A stretch of DNA of 56,934 bases, filler included, from Platydemus manokwari (lineage: Eukaryota), in assembly GCA_037951405.1 (NCBI GenBank). It is 5 parts of 5 records of this genome, joined end to end, with 100 filler letters (N's around TTAATTAATTAA, not from the genome) between each part and the next. Parts side by side here need not be neighbours in the genome. Positions count along the whole stretch, not along the records: positions 1 to 13,658 come from JBBMOY011654735.1; positions 13,759 to 23,612 come from JBBMOY011196765.1; 3 more parts are not named here. One strand, written 5' to 3'. This document shows positions 1-15,192 of the stretch, piece after piece (the stretch's first letter is position 1; every line of letters begins with the position of its first letter). Both the position numbers and the translations under genes were made by a program. The notes under the pieces are model-generated. The model saw only the letters and a program-made list of their open reading frames with translations. It was not told the origin of the DNA and searched no databases.

Positions 1-3000
1 TTATTTTAAATTTTCAAAAAATTCGTGTAAACCTAAAATTTTCCATAAATTAACATTCACTGTATTACCTTGAATATATTTTGCTTAACATGAGATAGAG
101 TATTGTAAAAGTGTATTTAAGGTTTTGTTTCTATATTTTAATTATAATAAACTAGAACATTATATTGCAGATAAATTATGCTTTGATCAATCTGTTTTAA
201 TTCACAAGTTATTATTAGGTATTTATTTATATATTGCAAATGATAGAATTTTGCGTTTCGATTGACTATTATTAAAATATTCTATGACAAAAATTTATTT
301 TTAAAGTTATTAACGCAATCCATTGAAGCTCAAATTTAAGAAATACAAACGCATCATTTTAAATAAACACTTAGCGTTGAATCCTAACGACTAAGCCATT
401 AACGGCAACCAGTTGCTCTAGATAATCTATATTTAAGCTAGGTAATACTACGATTGCTGACTAAACTAAATCGACTTTGTTTAATGTTTTATCTGATAAT
501 TTGTATGTTATGTTTAAGATTCTGATTATTTCCATCATTGCTTTTGTTAGATATTTACCAACACCAATGCCTTAAACTTGTAATTGTAGATTACAATTTG
601 TACACTTTAAAAAATGGTCAAAGTATTAATCTCGAAATCGCGGCTCTAAACCCATCACAAAAAGAATGGTAATAATCAGATCACGACCGGATTAGCATCT
701 GAAAGACAACAACAAATACAAAAATTACCAACCATAGAAGAGTAGTAGTCGGATTAATATCGCAATGAATTACGACAGATGCAAGGCTGCAATGTTGTCT
801 TGTATCTTTGCTTGTTATTCTGTTGAATTTTCGTAAATTAGCCTGTTTAAAGATTTTCTTCTATATTCCATGACATTGGCATCAATCGGTGTTCAATATC
901 TGTTGATGGTGGGCACAAATGACGATCGAATTCTTTAAATGAGTTGATATTTGGAGACATGTGTGCCTGTCCGTTTCGATCCTTAGCGAATTACTCAATC
1001 GTCTTCTTAAATATTTTGATCATTTTTTCGCTGTACTACAGTATATAAGAAATTAATGGTTAAGCTTCCTGATATTTCTAATAATTATTTAATCAGCAGA
1101 ACATCGTAATCCCAATTAATTTATTTTGTATAACTAAACTTAATAATGAAAGTTAAATTACACCAAGCAAGTGAAACGGATGTTTAACATCTTTAGAAAA
1201 TCTCTATTTTTTCACCATTTTATTGACAACTTTCAGCAATTTCTGAACCCCAACGCTCTACAAATATTTCAGCTCTTGTTTATTGATTCATTTGAAAATA
1301 ACTTCTAGGTTGTCTCAAAATAGTAATAATACATAAGCAATTGATATCGTGAAAGAAACAATTGAATTATAAAAGCGAGATTAATAAATAACGACAAAAA
1401 GTTTGTATAGTTTGTATGAGGTTAATCACTAACATTTCGATAATTTTTTGATGAATGTAAAAGAATGTCAGATCCACATATTTGCATTGATATAACAATT
1501 GCACCGTGATTATCATTATGTCAGAGAGCTTGTGCTTTGCAAGGATTTCAAACAGCTGGTTTAAGTACTGCTGGTATGCTTGAGTAGGTGGTTGAAAAGT
1601 TAAAAACTGAAATTGTAATTGTAGACTATTTGCATGAATATTATGTAGGACATCTTTATAAGGATACCAAAAACTAGGAGCAAAGATACAAGGGTTACTG
1701 TTAGAAGGTAAGAGCCTTAAATTATGGGAAAATATCAAGTGGGTTTTAAACTTACCTATAAGAGGCCTATAACATTAACGGAATATAAAGAATTGCATCA
1801 GCAAATATAATGTAATTTAGACCGAATGGATGTGTGAAATCTTCATTTTTAAGAGTTAATAAACAGCGTGATACAAAGGATCGCGATTGAAATGTAAAAC
1901 GATGAAATTGGATAAAGATTTTTGAAGTAATTTCAAAATTGCGATGCAGAAGTAAAAAAAATGATTGAAATAAAGTAATAGAAATAATAAATGGAATTCA
2001 AATAAGAGATGTAATAACTCAAATCGCAATAATTATTAAAATGAAAGCTCTGACAATTCATTATAATATAATAGGAATTGCAATCAGTTATTAATAATCG
2101 AATATTGCGAAACAATTGTTATAAAAGACCAGTGTTCTCATGATTTAGTAATAATCAGAATAACGGTCTATGGAATGACAACCAGCTAGTTACTAAGCAG
2201 CGTAGTCAGTAGAGTCATGTATTCGATATACCATCGCAGAGAAATGATGAAAATGGAAGTAGGACATATAATAATTTTAATTACAATAATTTTAAATATA
2301 ATTACGGACAATCATCTAAAGTAATTATCAGTTGCTGAATGCAGTGGGAGTACAATAAAATTGGATATAACATGAAAATGATAATCGATCACGTCAAAAT
2401 ACAATAAGCGTAGTATCGTAAAATGAAATAGAAACATTAAAGGAGGTGGTTCAATATATCTAGATTTTACACAAAGTAACTTAAGGCTAACGTTTGCTTG
2501 CATGCACAAATAATATGTCGAAAAAGAGCGAGAAAATCGATTAAATGAGTTAAATAATTAACGAGAAGTTACTAATAAACAAAATGTAGTATCAATGAGT
2601 TGATAATTAGAAAAAGATTATATGAATAACGCAAACGTATTTTTTTTACAAATTACAACAATAAATGTTAATGATATTGAGGAAAATAAAAAATCAGATG
2701 CAATATAGAGTTAATATATTCGATTACAAAACTATTACAATTTTATAAATGGATCTTAAATGTGTCAAATAAACTTAAGACGAATGCTTTAAAATCAAAA
2801 GAATTAATCGATTAAATAGCAAAATATATGCAAAATTAGCACAATAAAAATATAAAAAGCATCGAAATATACTACAAACAAGACGATTTTTAGATGATAA
2901 TGATTACTTGATAACGCAAGGTTTCTTGCAATACTAAATTGATAATGTGTATGCTATTTTGTGATAATCTGTCTCAACAAATATCCCATTTTTACTCATC

Positions 3001-4002
3001 GGTTTCGTTTTGTTAAAATCGTGCCTACAAACTCAGTTATGATGTGTTCCCTTTAAGTATAAAAAATTTGTGGCGTCGAACTTTCTCTAGAGCTTCCGGC
3101 GTACAACTTCTAATTGCTGCTAGATTATTTAACTTTGTATAATTTATAAAATATAGTAATTAAGTAATTTATAATTTTGACTTTTCATATTTGCAGTGAA
3201 ATCTATTGACCAGGTGTTTTTCGAAAGAATAACACTAAGATGTTACCACACTCTAAATTTTGCGATTTAATTAATTTATCTAAGACCATTTGAGTTTTTA
3301 GATTCAATAAACATAATTTTCTTTCAACATTGATCGGAAGGTTATTTGTTTAAGTATTGTATTTCGTAAATTGCACCAAAATTTCTTTTCACTTATAAAT
3401 CCAACCTAAAGAATATTTTGGCTTGTTAGCACCATTTTTATTATATTTTGTAGAATCTCTCGATTTAGTTTACAATCATTTATTATAACTTCTTGATATA
3501 AATTGGTTAATGTACTAACTGAAACTTAAAGTATTATCTAGAATACTGTACCAATTTTAGATTACATTTTATTTTTCAGGAAAACACTGATTTAAAAATT
3601 ACTCAAGTTTAGAATATATGCACAAAACTGCAAATATTTTTCAAATTAAAATCAATTTCAAAGTTAGTGAATCAGTTTCAAAGATTGCTCACATATTTTA
3701 ATAGGAAAAAATATTGTTAATTAAATGATGACAAAAAGTAGCCTAAATAAAAAATATCAAACAAAGTTTTTAATTTTTATTCAACTGAGAATGAGAATTT
3801 TTAATCACTAAGTTTAAATCCGATGATTTTAGTTTTGCTACAGCAGTTTTAATTGAGTAAATTCGTTTTTATTATGTTGTTTTTTTTAAGTCGCAAGTTA
3901 AATTATTAAACAAAAATGTCAGTTAATTTTTGTCATTTTTATTAAAAACTCTAAAGTTAAAATCTAATACTTTATTTTTGTATTAATATTTTAGAATGCA
4001 TA

Positions 4003-7000
4003 ATGGATCATGATATATTTTCTTGTAATGTGACTTCGAGCTTTTTGGATGATTTATCAGAAATATCTCAAGAACCTTTAAATATTTGTAACTATACTCA
4101 AACAAGCAAGTTGCAAAATTCAAATGCATATAACCGAGAACTTTGTGCATCACAGTCTACAATGAACTATTATCCAGTTGCTTCTAATATAACTTCTCAT
4201 CAAAATTATCAGAGGTCTAATATGTACAATTATAATTTTCCTAATTATGAATATAATACTAATATTCCTGACCAAAGAATTAATATGCCTTACATCCAAT
4301 CAAACTCAGATCATCGCTTAATTGACATGCAATATGATAGTCTTAAGATGATGGAAAATGATCGCATAAATTTACAGCCAAATAATTTCATTTCTAATAA
4401 AAGTACAATTCCAAATAATTATATGGAGAACAAATATCAAAATTTTCCTAAATATTATTCTATGACCAAAAATAATTATCAACCAAATCAGATGTACCGA
4501 ACATCAGAAATAAGTAGTTCAGGACACAACGATTCTCTTTGTATGACTTATCAATATCCTCCTCAATATTTTCCAAACGGTACTCAATCAATGTATTATG
4601 ACCATGGTATTTCTCATTTCGATGAGCGTCATAAAGCTGAAAGATTAACATTTCAAAATATCGCATCAATCGATCAAAATATTTATAATCTTGAAACAAA
4701 ATTACATTTTATATCACAAAATTTACCAAACAATCCTAATGGAATTCACGAGATAAATGAAATCAAAGAAAAACTAATTTATTTCAACCAATTAAAGGAA
4801 AAGTATTTATTGTCTCGTAATAAATTAAATTTTAATTTCAATAGTAAAAATGAATTAAATGAAAATAAAGAAATGCCCACTATAAAACAAGTAAATAATT
4901 ACAATGTTCCTTCGAGACCAGATGTGTATAATTCTCAGAATAGCAATATGCCTCAATTTTATTCTCGAAACATGAACAAGTCATATGAATCTTACATGTA
5001 TAATTTTATGCCAAATCAACAATATAATGAAAAATTTGTACAAAATGAATCTATCGAATTGGACAAAAACTATCAAGGGAATATGATCGACAACTCCACC
5101 CATAAATCCTTTGTATCGGAACTAACAGGTTCGGATTTTTCACAGACATGTATTAATAATAAACAGCATAACAATCGTGACGAATTGTCAACCCCGCCGA
5201 TATCGGAATTTACTGATCTAACTTCAATGATGCCGTTAAAAAATGCCAACAAAATAAATGCTGTGGAAACTAAAGAATTGAATGAAATTAAAATGAAAAC
5301 AGAGGATTGCGATAAATCATTGCATGTACAGCCAGTATTTGAAAACCATTCAGTAGATTCAATTAATGATTGTTCGTCGTCTTTAATTGAAATTAATGAA
5401 TCAAATATCGATGAATTAGATACGATAACGAAAAACTACGATTCAGAAATTCAATTAAATATATGTGCAAATGAAAAATCTGAAATGAAATCATTAGAAT
5501 CTAATGTCGAAGAAAATGTTGATAATAATTTAGAAATATCTGAAACCGAAAAATTATTTTCTGATCATTTAACTGATGATTTGACGATTAAAATGGAAAA
5601 TTCAATAATAATAACAGACAATAATTCTACCAATTATGAATGTGATCTTACAAATATTGAAACCAATGATAATAATTGCAATGGTGTGGATATTGTTGAT
5701 GAGAATATTAATGATGACATCCAACAGAATGACAATCCCATTATGATGACTCATGATATCAAAGATATCGATGATCAAGTTTTCAATTCAACCAATGAAA
5801 TGGATTTAAAATATGAAAATCAATCAGATTGTGTTTCATGTGTAAATAATGTGTTGGATAATAATGATGGTGATTGTACGAATATCTGCTCGAATGAAAA
5901 AGAAAATAATTCCGAAGATAAAGAATTAATAAATGAAAAACAAATAGATACAAATAATGAAACGGTCGATGACAATATTGTGATTACTGCTGCTGCAGAA
6001 GAATTCATTTCCCAAGTATCTTGAATTTATATTTAATTTTATATTTTGATATATTATTATTAATTGTATCATTTTTAAAAAAATATTTATTATTAAAACA
6101 AAGCTCGAACAAAATATTAAATATAATTTATAATTAATTAATTTATGTTTTATTTTAACTAACGACATTGAAAAATTTCCAGTGTTAGTTATATGATAAA
6201 AATTATTATATCTAATAATATTATGGTTTTTATACATATGTGTTGAAATAGCAAAACATTTTAACATAAAATATCAATGGAGACCCCTATTTGTATTCCA
6301 TCAGGTACCTTATTATCGAAATGATTCTATGAATTAATTTACCTATTTATGTTGTTACATTTAATTTGTATTCCATTTAGTTAAATATTTATTGATATTT
6401 GGAAATTATTTAATAATAATCATTTAGTTATGAGCATATCAAATTTGCATTTTATTTCTTGACATCTCCTTTTAAATTTAATTGAAAAATATTGTATTAA
6501 AAAATTTTATTATGTACATATATACATTGGTCTAATAAAGTGTTCTTCAACAGTTCGTAGAACGTCATCAAATGTGTTTTTTAAATATAAGACATAGCGG
6601 AGGATGAAAGACGTGATTGAAACTTTTAATTCAAACAATTTAAGCTTTTAAATTTGAATATCCTTGGATATTGAACCTATACAACAGAATTAAAATCGAT
6701 ACCAAACAAATAAATATCACACCAATATTTCCATCTACATTAATGCAAATAGATTAAGATTTTTTCAAATAAAAATACTAATATATGTTAATCTCAGCTT
6801 TACCCCTTATTATAATCCTTGATGTAGTATTGATGTTGAAGTTTCCCGACTTGCTGGTCGAATCTTAGTGAAAATTATGGAATATCAAAAAAGTCATCGG
6901 CAAGATAGATATTCACTTAAGTTTTCTCATGAAAATTTCTGCTACATATCAAATGAGATGTACTTAAGTAGACGAATCTATGTTTATATTTCAAATTAGA

Positions 7001-10000
7001 AGTCATCAAATGAATTTTATCATATGAAAATTCATATTTCTAGGTCAAATAACGACTTAAAACTAAAGATATTAGAGGCATCTATTTTATAGTTTGAGGA
7101 GTCCCTCTATTTCGGATATTCACATGCATTTTAAAATCTTCCGATTTATAGATTTGTTAATTTTTTAAAGTGAAAGCGAAGAAATTAATCTACTTTCATA
7201 TGATGAGAACCTTATTATTGTTCTATAAAACAGGTAAATTATTCACAATATGAATCAATAAATGATTTTTAATAATAGATTTTTGGAAAAAGGAATTCAC
7301 TATAACTGTAAAATTTTGGTTTTATTTTATTAAATTCTGAGCCAGATAAAATTTAAGCTGTTGATAAATGTGCGCCATAACTTGATTATAATTTTATATT
7401 TAGAATCCTTCGGATAAATCAATTCTAAATTTAGTGGATGACAAGAAAAGTCTACGAGGCAAAAATAAAGTGGCAAAAGCTCAAAAACGGACTTTGAAAT
7501 ATAAAAGATATAATTTTTATTTAAAATTAAAAAGATTACGCCAGAAATATTTTTTGAATAAACGAATAAAATCCAATAACATGATATCAAGTGAAATTAA
7601 TAAATCCGAAAATTGTGATAAACTTGATAGCAAGAAAAAAACGTTAAACAATGCTTGTAAAACTGCTAAAAGAATGAAAAATGTTGCATCATTTTTAAAG
7701 AAGAAAAATTCCAGAGGCAGTTATTTTAATAATTTTGATGTTGAAGAAATGAATATATCTAAAAAATCTTTGAGAAGTTCTGCAGAATTTCATATTACAA
7801 CTAGAAATAAAAAAGAAACGAGTTTTGATATTGATTCCAACGAAGACAATTCATTAAATAGTGATGATGAAGTACATTTCAATTTTGAATTAAATTTAGA
7901 ATGTCGAAACAAAATTGTTCAAAAAATACTTGGTTCACGAATTGTTAGTACATCTGATATGCTGGATTTATCGTCCAAAGAATCTGAATCGGAAATCGAG
8001 GAATATTACTTAAAATATCGTGGGTTTTCGTATATACATTGTGAGTGGAAATCTGCAGATTCCGTTAATGATATTTCGTTTCCATCGAAATTAAAACGAT
8101 ACAAAAATATGAAAATGAATAACGTTGATGAACAAGATGAATGTTTGTTTAATCCAGATTATGTAGAAATTGATCGGGTTCTTGAATCCAAACAAATAGA
8201 GATTAGTAAAAAAGTTGATGACTTGGAAGATTCGGATTTCAATTCTAAGGAACCAATTACATATTATTTAGTTAAATGGCGTAGTTTGCCATATGAAGAA
8301 ATTACTTGGGAAAAATCTGAAAATGTTGATCCTGCGAAAGTTAAAGAATATTTACAAAGAAGTGCAGCTGGATACACCGAAAATACAGAGGTATTAATAT
8401 TATTATAAAAAAATTTTGTAATTTTTCAATTAAAATATCCAAAATTATATTTTTTTTATTATGTGTTTTATTAAGTGTTTTCTTTTAATTGATTTCGCTG
8501 ACTACTTTAATAATAAAATAGATAAATGAATAGTATTTTTGTATTATATTCACTACATATATTACTAGCAATAAATCTGACCAATGTTATGACAAAAACA
8601 AAAATTTATTGAGAAATAATCTTAATATGATATTAAAATACACACGAGATATAATGGTGATTAATCTAATGAACAAGAATTAGAAGAATTTTTATAAAAT
8701 CACGATTGAAATAATGTATAGATGTTTTCAAACCATGTTTTTCATTTGAACGAAAGTGACAAAATAACCTTTTCACGGTAGATTTTTAATTAATTAATTA
8801 GAGCTAGAGTAAAAGTTAAAGGTTGATTTCAAAATGTTCTCAAGAAATGTATTTTTATTTTAAGATTTGAATATTAAAAACTAAAATTACACATTTTCCT
8901 TAAATACTATGTTTTCGTCTCTTATCATTTTTTTATTTATATATTTATATTATTACATATTTCGACCTCCTGATGGTCACATTATTTGTTTAATGAAATA
9001 TTTAAGGTATTATTTAATACTTTTAGATTGAAAAGCCAACCCACAAGAATTGGAAACCAATAACGATGGATAGAGTATATAAAAATGGTAATGTTCTTCG
9101 AGATTATCAATTGGAAGGAGTCAATTGGTTGACATTTTGTTGGATAACAAATAGAAATTGTATTTTAGCCGATGAAATGGGTCTTGGGAAAACAATTCAA
9201 AGTATTGCCTTCCTTATCGAACTATTTGAATACGGCTTCAAAGGCCCGTTTTTAATTATTGTACCGCTATCAACTTTGGGAAATTGGCAAAGAGAATTTG
9301 AACAATGGTCGAACTTGAATGTTATTCTTTATCATGGATCAGCTAAAAGTCGAAAATTAATTCAGACTTATGAAACAGTTTTGAGAAGTTTAGAATTTCC
9401 CCAGTCAAATAAGTTAATATTTAATGCTATAATTACTACTTACGAAGTATTGTTGTCGGATTTGTTATTTTTCTCCAAATTTCAATGGACTGCAAGTATT
9501 ATTGATGAGGCTCATCGATTAAAAAATAAGCGCTGTAAACTTATCGAGGGTTTAAGAATGCTAGACTTACAGTTCCGTGTTTTATTAACAGGTACACCTC
9601 TTCAAAATAATGTTCAGGAATTGTTTAATTTATTGAATTTTTTGGAATCATCGAAATTCTTCTGCGAGTCCGACTTTCTTTCACAATATGGCGATTTGCG
9701 AAGTGAAGAACAAGTAGCTAGTTTAAAAATACTTCTGCAGCCTATGATGCTAAGGAGATTAAAAGAAGACGTAGAAAAAAGTCTTGCTCCAAAGGAAGAA
9801 ATAGTAGTTGAAGTTGAATTAACAAATATTCAAAAGAAATACTACAGAGCGATTTTAGAAAGAAATTTTACTTTTCTTTCAAAAGGAGTTTCAGGAAATA
9901 ACATTCCAAACTTGATGAATACTATGATGGAATTACGTAAATGTTGTAATCATCCATTCTTGATTAAAGGCGCGGAAGAGGCTATTTTAAATAATTTTAA

Positions 10001-13000
10001 AAGTGGAACTGATATGGGAAATATTACAAAATTTATTCAAAATAAAATTACAGATGAAGAGACATTACAATTTTATTCTATGGTTTATTCTTCGGGAAAA
10101 CTTGTCCTTATACATAAGCTATTGCCCAAGTTGAAACAAGATAGTCATAAAGTTCTAATATTTTCTCAAATGGTCAGAGTTCTTGACATATTAGAAGATT
10201 ATTTGATTTATGAAAAGTAATTATTATTATATTTATTAATATATTTTTGAATGAAATCCAAGTGAACATTATTTTTATAAATATTAAATAATTAGCTCAA
10301 CATATTTACATTACTGATAATAAATCTACCGTGACCAGTGCTTATCCATACAATTCATTTTTGTGGTCGTGAAATTCTTTCATTACTTATTGTATATTTT
10401 TTGAATAATAAGTTAATTTCACTCGATAGATGGTATTTTGATGGTTCAATAGCAGATGATTACATTTAATTTATTATCATATTCAAAGAAAATCAGTAAT
10501 TTTTAAAATAAAGAATTTTCTTTGAACTTTGCGGTTAGCTTTCTATATCATATACTTATCTCATTGCTTATCGTCTCGAATTATGATTTGAATCTTGAAT
10601 TTACTGATTTACATCAAAACTTTATATTCGTTAAAAAGTGTTACCATGATATGTACTTAAGTTTATTGTATAAAAATAGCAACTTTATCTCAGAATCAAA
10701 AACTAAAGTTGTAAAATTAATTAAAAATATTTTAGAATATCAGCAATTCATTTTTTGTTTTAAATAATGTTACATTTGATTATTATATGGCAAAGTTTTC
10801 TATTATAATGAGTCAATAAAACGTAGGGATATTAAAATAAAATTGTATATATTTAAATAATGACATAATATAATCATACTCAAGGTTAATCTATTTCTTA
10901 AACTAATTAAATTATACCAATTTATAGCTGCGCAAATTAATTTATAATCGACATCATAGGTTAAAACTATCGAGTTTATGACCAGGTACAAACAACCATT
11001 GATTTATTTTCTGACCCGGTATTGATGATACGTATCTATAACAATTTCGATATTTGAAAGCATTATGACATTTCTTGGAGACTTTCTTTTAATATTTTTA
11101 GTTAACTGAATCCATAATTGATTCCCATTGCGAGCCTTGATCTAATTGCTTTCTTATGAGACTAAACGATCTAACTCTCTAGAAGTTAGTAGATATTTGG
11201 AAGTTCTTCATAGAAAAAAACTTAGGAAATTAGAAGATCAGTTCTTTTTTAATGTTTCTTTGAATTATCTAATAACTTATACAAAGTTATTAGAGTCCTT
11301 AAATGGACCTACTTTTTACTGATAATATTTTTCTTGTTGTTGAAAGTATGCGTCCAATCGTGGATTTATACAAATCAACGATTATCATGATCAAAATTTA
11401 CTTACGTATAAAGTTAATCGATACTAGATATTAGTAAGCTTAATGAAAAATGGATTTTAAAATATAGTTTATTATTTTCACATTATTTTAAATCCGAATA
11501 TTAATGAAATTGTAGAAATTTTGATGACATATTTTGATGTTTTAACATTTATTTTAAAATAAATGATGTGTAATATATTTTATCAATTAATAAATTTTTA
11601 ATAATCCCTTAATAAATTAATTAAATTTTAGATATCAATATGAAAGAATTGATGGGCGAATACATGGATTATTGAGACAAGAAGCTATTGACAGGTTTAC
11701 ATCAGGTATTCTAGTTTTTGTTCACTTATTTCTAGTAAATATTTGTTAAATACTTATCAGATCCTGAAAAATTTGTTTTTCTTCTTTGCACCAAGGCCGG
11801 AGGTTTGGGAATAAATTTAACAGCAGCTGACGTTGTTATAATTTACGATTCTGATTGGAATCCTCAAAATGATTTACAAGCCCAAGCTCGTTGTCATAGA
11901 ATAGGACAACAGAAATTAGTGAATGTTTACCGATTAATTACTCGAAATACTTACGAGAGAGAAATGTTTGATCGGGCTTCTTTAAAACTGGGTCTTGATA
12001 AAGCCATACTTCAGTCTATGACATATACGGAATCAAAACCAGTAGATTTGTCATATATTGATATAATTATGATTATATATAACCTAATAGCTAGTTTAGA
12101 ATATAATTTTTATCAATTGGCTCTAAATTTGCAATCTCAGGCTATCACAAAATAATAGATATATTGGATCTGATTTAATTCATTTTTTATTATAATTTTT
12201 ATGGAAGAAATAGTTCAAAGATAAGTAATAATCGACTTTATAGTTGTTTGCAAATTTAGGAAGCTCGGTAACTCTCAAGTTTTGTAAATTGCCAATATTA
12301 GTGAACTGCAATTCTAAAGTGTTGATGAATGATTTATTTGAACTTAGGTTTATCACATACAATTTATATATCTGATTGTTGGTCTTACGATTGATTATGG
12401 TATTTGGTGCAACTCCTAAATTAAGTAAAAATATTTTACCTTTAAAAATTTTAAAACCATTAATCAGGTTGGATAATATATTAAATTCATAAGTCAAATT
12501 AATGCTTTAATTCCTTATTTTTGATTTTCTGCCTGGCTTAAATAGCAACTCTAAAGATTACTAATTAAGTCCTTGCTTTCAAATTTTATCAATAATGATG
12601 CTTATTCTTGAGGTATAAGTTTTTTGAACAATTTGAGGAATTCTAATCCATTAACTATTTTTCTTAATTTTTAAATGCAGATTGTAACCTGTTTCTTTTT
12701 AGTAAAATTTAATTTTTTATTAAAGGTATTTATATTAAAAAAGCATAATTTAGTTCGAAATAATCGAGTTATTTGATTATATATTAAATTAGGTTTCGCA
12801 ATTGTCTAAAAAAGAAATTGAAGATCTACTAAAATTAGGAGCTTATGGAGCATTGATGGATGATGATAAAGACGGTGAAAAATTTTGTGAAGAAGATATT
12901 GACAAAATCTTGTTATCGAGGTCTACAATTGTAAGACTAAATAATGCCGATAGAAATTCTTCTTTTTCCAAAGTATTTTATTAATTTTGATGGATTATTT

Positions 13001-13130
13001 TCCGATCTAATATTTTTTACAGGCTTCTTTTTCAATAAGTGATAACAGATCAGACATTAAGCTAGATGATCCAAATTTTTGGCAGAAATGGGCAAAAAAG
13101 GCTGGAGTTGACGAAAGTGAAATTGGGAAT
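4003..13130 (+). CDS. CHD7: Chromodomain-helicase-DNA-binding protein, CHD6-9/Kismet subfamily (3' part missing, cut by contig end)
   Basis: Frame-consistent GT-AG exons: 4003-6015, 7404-8390, 9027-10216, 11632-11705, 11761-12041, 12793-12972, 13023-13130. Tandem chromodomains ([17 protein letters not shown]; [17 protein letters not shown]). SNF2 motifs ([79 protein letters not shown]). CHD6-9-type segments '[20 protein letters not shown]' and '[17 protein letters not shown]'. Joining exon 1 rests only on splice phase. Confidence 0.92.
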
Positions 13131-13658
13131 GTGTGTTTAATTTATTTGCTGTGATTTGATATAATATTGACCTTTTTACTTTTCTAATGTATATAACATG
13201 GATTATATTGTTAAAAATAATACGAAACAAGTTTGTGTTATACAAGCATATGTGCTATAATCATATGTAGTAATTTCTGTTAATTTTTGGGAAATTCTAC
13301 ATTTTGAAAATTTTTTTTTAATTTAACTTTAAAGAATTATTTTTGATTAAGAAAGATATCATAATTATTGATAATATACTCGATATAAATAATAATGGGT
13401 AAATTATCAAATTCAAATTGTCTCTGCTAAATAATTATTCTTTTTAAATGTGTTTTTGATTTATAAATATTTCCCATTATAATTTATTCAGCTAATTTAT
13501 TCGTTTTAATTAAAATAAATCCTTATTACTTTCGAAGCACAATATTTGTAGATTTAGATATTATTTATCAACATGATTGTTTTCTAAATGTTGAAGACAT
13601 TTATTATAAAAAACTTGCTTTTGATTAAAAATCATTATATTTTTGCTTAAAGATAAAT

Positions 13659-13758
13659 NNNNNNNNNNNNNNNNNNNNNNNNNNNNNNNNNNNNNNNNNN
13701 NNTTAATTAATTAANNNNNNNNNNNNNNNNNNNNNNNNNNNNNNNNNNNNNNNNNNNN
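13659..13758. other. Artificial contig linker (N44-TTAATTAATTAA-N44)
   Basis: Fixed 100-nt spacer with a six-frame stop core; the same spacer occurs four times. Confidence 0.97.

Positions 13759-13830
<72 letters not shown>
13759..13830 (+). repeat. (CTAT)n microsatellite
   Basis: About 18 perfect CTAT units at the contig start. Confidence 0.95.
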
Positions 13831-14708
13831 ATATCAGCAACATTCGAAAAAATTACCAAAAACTTTTATTGAAATAAAACAATCAAATTAAATACAACAG
13901 GTTAACTCAATGCAGTTTAGCTCACACAAAGTGCGATTATGCAAAGCACATCATTCAATCAGAAACGAGGTAAATTTTAAACATTCACGACAAGCAAATA
14001 CAGCCACAAGACTGTAGGTTTCTTAAAGACCAATTCATTTACTCCAAAAACCAGAAGAGAAAATGAAAATCGATGAATACCCAAGTTTTTGGAGCAGCTG
14101 TTAATATGAAATAACTCTCTCCACTATTATATGATCACTATCAAATACTCTACTACTCTTAACTCAGTACCAGTTTTTGTGATAGGTCGTTTTGTTGCAC
14201 CTTTTATGCGATTTAATTTGGTTCTTATAACTCTTAAGTTTTGTATATGTTAAATATAAAATTCTCAACAATGTGAGTTCGTTTTGTTGTCAGATAACAG
14301 TCTCTATATAAATATTATCTGGTGTACTAATAAAAAAAAACTAATAAACAACTGGTAAAATTGTAATACTTTCATTGGGTGTTTGCAACAGATACAAAAT
14401 ACCTTTACAGTATATAATATATAATAATTCTTCTACTTTTACAAACATGGTCAATATTTATTCAAATGATCAGGATATTGTACTTCACTGAGGTGTAATA
14501 AGTTATAGAATTCGGTAATTCAGCTAAAGAAAAATCTTTTAATCAAGAAGTTATTCACTCTTTAAAAGTTTAAAAAAGTTAAAATATCTCACTGATAAAT
14601 CCAGATCATTTGTGACACAGTGATTTCATTATATATTGCGATAATAAACCTAAATGAATATCTATATATACTGTGTAATACTATATATGCACTAGTTGTT
14701 TTGGCTGG

Positions 14709-15080
14709 TCAGTACTGGAGAGTTAGTACTCGATCCCAACAGACATTCTTTGGTTTCCTTTGGTCTGTACAAGTCGGTATATAAGAACCTCTGAAAAAAG
14801 CATTTATTAGGAACCCCGAGATATACGTGGTTTGTTTCTTGTCGAGTGCGATATTCGATATGAGCAACAGTTTCTTGTTTTGTATTTCAACGCCGATAGA
14901 AAATTTATTTGTTTTCTTTCTTAATGTCCGGCATACAACTGAGCAATAGCAACTTATCCAAACTTCGGTGACAGATGATTGTTCTTTAATGGCTTCTGGG
15001 GTAGATGAGAAATAGGCAAAAAGACTTCCTTGTTTTTTCTTATAGTCATTGTAGAATATTGAGATCATTAACTTAAGCAA
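14709..15080 (-). mobile_element. Decayed non-LTR retrotransposon RT fragment
   Basis: Minus-strand frameshifted pieces resembling RT motifs 5-7 in order: 'SLDKLLLLS', 'ALKYKTRNCCSYRI', 'HVYLGVP'. Confidence 0.4.
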
Positions 15081-15192
15081 AAATTTTGTGTAATTTTATC
15101 TAATATTTTTAAATATTTACACTAGTTGATAATGCGTACTTTATATAATATTTAATTATTTGATTGATCTATCTATTTTCCAGATTTCTTTA

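Noticed and set aside
945-1005. Second hammerhead on the minus strand (..GATTGAG..ATTC-GCTAA-GGATCGAAAC..)
   Set aside because: No intact CUGANGA core and no stem III / NUH pairing.
1300-2600. Possible decayed retroelement coding region upstream of CHD
   Set aside because: Purine-rich and stop-ridden, with no recognisable gag/pol motif.
4460-6267. Antisense ORFs overlapping CHD exon 1, and similar ORFs over other genes
   Set aside because: Shadow ORFs of real exons or chance ORFs in AT-rich DNA, with no motifs.
13703-13714. TTAATTAATTAA palindrome as a biological site
   Set aside because: Identical in all four N-gaps; a synthetic six-frame stop linker.
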